A DNA stretch of 63,786 nucleotides, the filler included, from Catajapyx aquilonaris (Eukaryota), in the NCBI GenBank assembly GCA_000934665.2. It is 3 parts of 3 records of this genome, joined end to end, with 100 filler letters (N's around TTAATTAATTAA, not from the genome) between each part and the next. Parts side by side here need not be neighbours in the genome. Positions count along the whole stretch, not along the records: positions 42,583 to 63,786 come from JYFJ02006116.1; 2 more parts are not named here. One strand, given 5' to 3'. The notes beneath the pieces were generated by a model. It made no database searches. It saw only the letters and a list, made by a program, of their open reading frames with translations, and was not told where the DNA came from. Positions 60,890 through 63,786 of the stretch are shown here, piece after piece; positions within the stretch are counted from its first letter, which is position 1; every line of letters begins with the position of its first letter. Made by a program: the position numbers and the translations under genes.

Positions 60890-63399
60890 AGAACTGAGCA
60901 TAACAACAATGNGGGGGAGGGGAAGCTTTCTTTAATCCCCAACTTCATGATTCACTGCTCTCCTGATGGATTTTTATAGTAGTAGGAAACAGGATTAGAA
61001 AAACAGAGAGAAGCCGTAGAAACTCCTTCTACATAAGGACGTCCTGTCTGATCCACGGATTGAACTTGGAGCCCCAGAGATGGAAACCCTGCCCATAAAT
61101 ACTACGCCACCATGCAGCCCAACATAACACTGTAGGACAGCTTCCTTGAACCTCATCAAGTTACCCATCGTTAATCCATTTTGTCATTTTCAGAGGGCTT
61201 CTTTCAGCCTGAAATAAAAAAATTTGAAAGAAATCTTGCAGCAACAACTGGAACGTTATGTAAGGCCCTCGCTACAAAATTTCTTTCCACATTCTTTTTT
61301 TTCCGGCAAAAAAGAGGTCATTTTGACATTTTGCCACTTATTTTCAACAAGTAGCCTAGTTTAGTCACAACACACATTGAAATATCTTTGCTAGGTTTGG
61401 CTGCTAAAGGGATGAACATTGACGCTTACTTTCTGATAATGCCCTGTGTCACCTACAGACCATGTGGAAATAAACAAGCATATAGGAAATTAGCAGCATA
61501 CTAGCCTCTTCACTATTGTTGAGTGTTCCACACAAAATTTGGTGCACCTAAGGTAGTGTTACTGTGGTTCACTTTGGCTTTGTATAGAATCAGTTGTACT
61601 AGGTCAAATACATCAGATGTTATTCATGATCAATAATTCTGGCCATCAATGAATAAGATCCCTTACATTTGGGATTATTAATGTATCTGACTTAGTGCAA
61701 TCAGCTCATTTCCCTACAAGCACATTACTATTTGCCAATAAAACTCCAAGAAAGGATTTGAATTCGTGATCAGTTCACACTTCACAGCCCACCAGGAGGA
61801 CTCATATGGCCCACTGGCAGGGTGCAGACTACACTTTGAGAAGCACTGGTGTAGGCCACAACCATTCCACCTCACACATCCCAAGTTCAATGCCTGGAAT
61901 CCTGGATCAACCAGGTTTTCTCATGCGGCAAGGGTTTGACGGGTTCGCTCTGTATTTGCTTTCAAAATCCATCCCAAATCCCCAAAATCCAGAGTAATGT
62001 TAATAAAGTCGAGCTTTTATAGGATCCCCTAAAAGGTAATAGGCCTAGCACGAGGTAACTTATTATCATTGTTGATTATTATCATTATTACTGGGTGAGG
62101 TGGAGTTGTGCTGCAGTAACATACTCATGAATGGAAGAGTATCAGATTTAATTATAAGTCTAGGCCTTCCCACTTTCCTCTCATGTAGAATTTGGGTCAC
62201 CCCCAGCTTGGTCTCGGGATTTCTGTCGACTTACCCCTAACTACCTAGGGTATGGGGGGAGGGGGGAAACCAGATTGACATTGCACTTGCATCTGCACCT
62301 TTGCTCTTAGCCACCCTACCCTGCCCGTGGTATGCCAAAGAGATTTATATCTGAATCTCTGATGAAGAAAAACAAAGGTCCATGCTGCCCATTATTTTGG
62401 TAACTATGCCTTGGAGACCCACAATACCTATCCTCACAATCTAGAACCCCTCTACCATCCCTCCAAGCGAAGGCACGTTAAATTCCCGCACCGACCATAT
62501 TGTATTCTGGTGGAGTTTGAATGATGCGTGGTACAAATTATTGGAAATGTTTTAAAATATCAAAATTAATCATCAAATATTAACCACATTATTATATGAA
62601 ACAGAGAAGTGGTCATAATTATGTCAAAATGAAAAGTCACCCATGGCAATTTTTTTTTTTTAACTGAAAAATGTCATTAACCATCTCAGACATTTTGGGA
62701 GGGTAGAGCGTTTACTTTTACATAATATTCCATGTTTCTATCCGATGCTATGCATGTATGATGAAAACCTCAGCACTGTCTACAAAATATTCCTTTGAAA
62801 ATATAAAATATTGCGAAAATATTCAATGCCAATGTGAATGAAAGTACTTCGGTAACAGTACGGCACATAAATATGAAACTCAAATTTCTTTCTAATCACA
62901 ACAAAATAATTTCAGAATTTCTAATACTCCTACACTCATATTTACTACTAGAAATGCATCAGTGGCACACATACACAGTCAAGTACCATCAATTGGCCGT
63001 GCTGTCCAATGTTGACAAGATAGTTGAAGGCCAACTACTATATTCATTTTGGCAGGATGAAAATATTCACCACACTGTCAGTGGGCTGGCTACAACATGC
63101 AGGTAAGCCCACATTGCAATTAAAACAGCAGGAAAAAATGCACGCAGGTGATGAGGTGTGAGACTAGAAGCAGGTGGTGGCAAGAGCAAACAACGATCTG
63201 CATCAGGTGCAGCAACAGCATCATTTGTCCACCTCCATTGGCGCAAAAAAAGAATAGGCATCGAGCGTCAACTCACGGAGCCTGGGTGTCCATGCCCCGT
63301 CCTCCAGAGGCCCAGGTGGCTCTTGTTTCTCATCTGGAGTCCAACTAGCTTCCTTCCTTCGTCTCCTTCCAGTCCTACCCTCCGCCCTTTAAACCGTCC

Positions 63400-63786
63400 T
63401 TTTCCCTGGGTATCTGCTTGCGTCTACCTGCCCGCCTGCCTGCTGCCCGATCGATCCCATCGATCGACTAGGCTGCCAGCCTTACCGCCTGTTCTGCGCC
63501 GACCGACACAAGAATGGACGAACCGCTTGATACTGCTGCACTCTGACGGCGTCCATTCCAACTTTCAGGCTGGCGGGAAATTTCCATTTCATGAGCTGTG
63601 TTCGCATGGATTTTCATGGGGGTTCTACTCCCACTGATGCAAATTAGGGCGTCTTTACACGTTCCACAAAGTTGAAGCCACTTGCGGGCGACGTCATGAG
63701 GGGGCGGAGCTACCTGCCTGATGAGAGGGAGGCCACCGCCTTCCCCCACCGACTCTTGCAAGATGGCGCCCGCGCTCAGAACACCA
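63400..63786. promoter_or_regulatory. CpG-enriched, promoter-like segment
   Basis: Local CpG enrichment with GGGGCGGAG (GC box), CGACGTCA (CRE-like) and AAGATGGCG (YY1-like); could equally be transposon-derived. Confidence 0.3.

Noticed and set aside
63056..63102. Isolated plus-strand exon-like segment (CAG|...|GTAAG)
   Set aside because: No partner exons or homology could be identified within the window.

Overview
Intron-rich animal genomic DNA, probably arthropod (inferred from protein similarity; species not determinable). Two N-runs carrying an artificial TTAATTAATTAA spacer split it into three blocks. Block 1 (1-21193) holds the middle exons of a KMT2C/D (MLL3/4-type) histone methyltransferase gene (+), with introns full of nested DNA-transposon derivatives and SINEs. 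Block 2 (21294-42482) holds the last exons of cytosolic NAD-dependent glycerol-3-phosphate dehydrogenase (+) and an apparently complete FANCD2 coding region (-). Block 3 (42583-63786) holds a full-length LINE with a perfect 16-bp target-site duplication, an Ork1-like two-pore K+ channel gene (-) and an uncharacterised proline-rich single-pass membrane protein gene (-). The most notable inference is that the GPDH stop codon overlaps a splice donor (CAC AT|GTAAGT). A strong acceptor 8.2 kb downstream would change the C-terminus from ...NHPEHM* to ...NHPEHMRSKL*, a canonical peroxisomal PTS1. A candidate 16-nt micro-exon between them would give a third ending (...MVKG*). FANCD2 appears to need three GC-AG introns. 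All gene models were built by hand from splice consensus, frame continuity and recalled homologue sequences; no searches were run.
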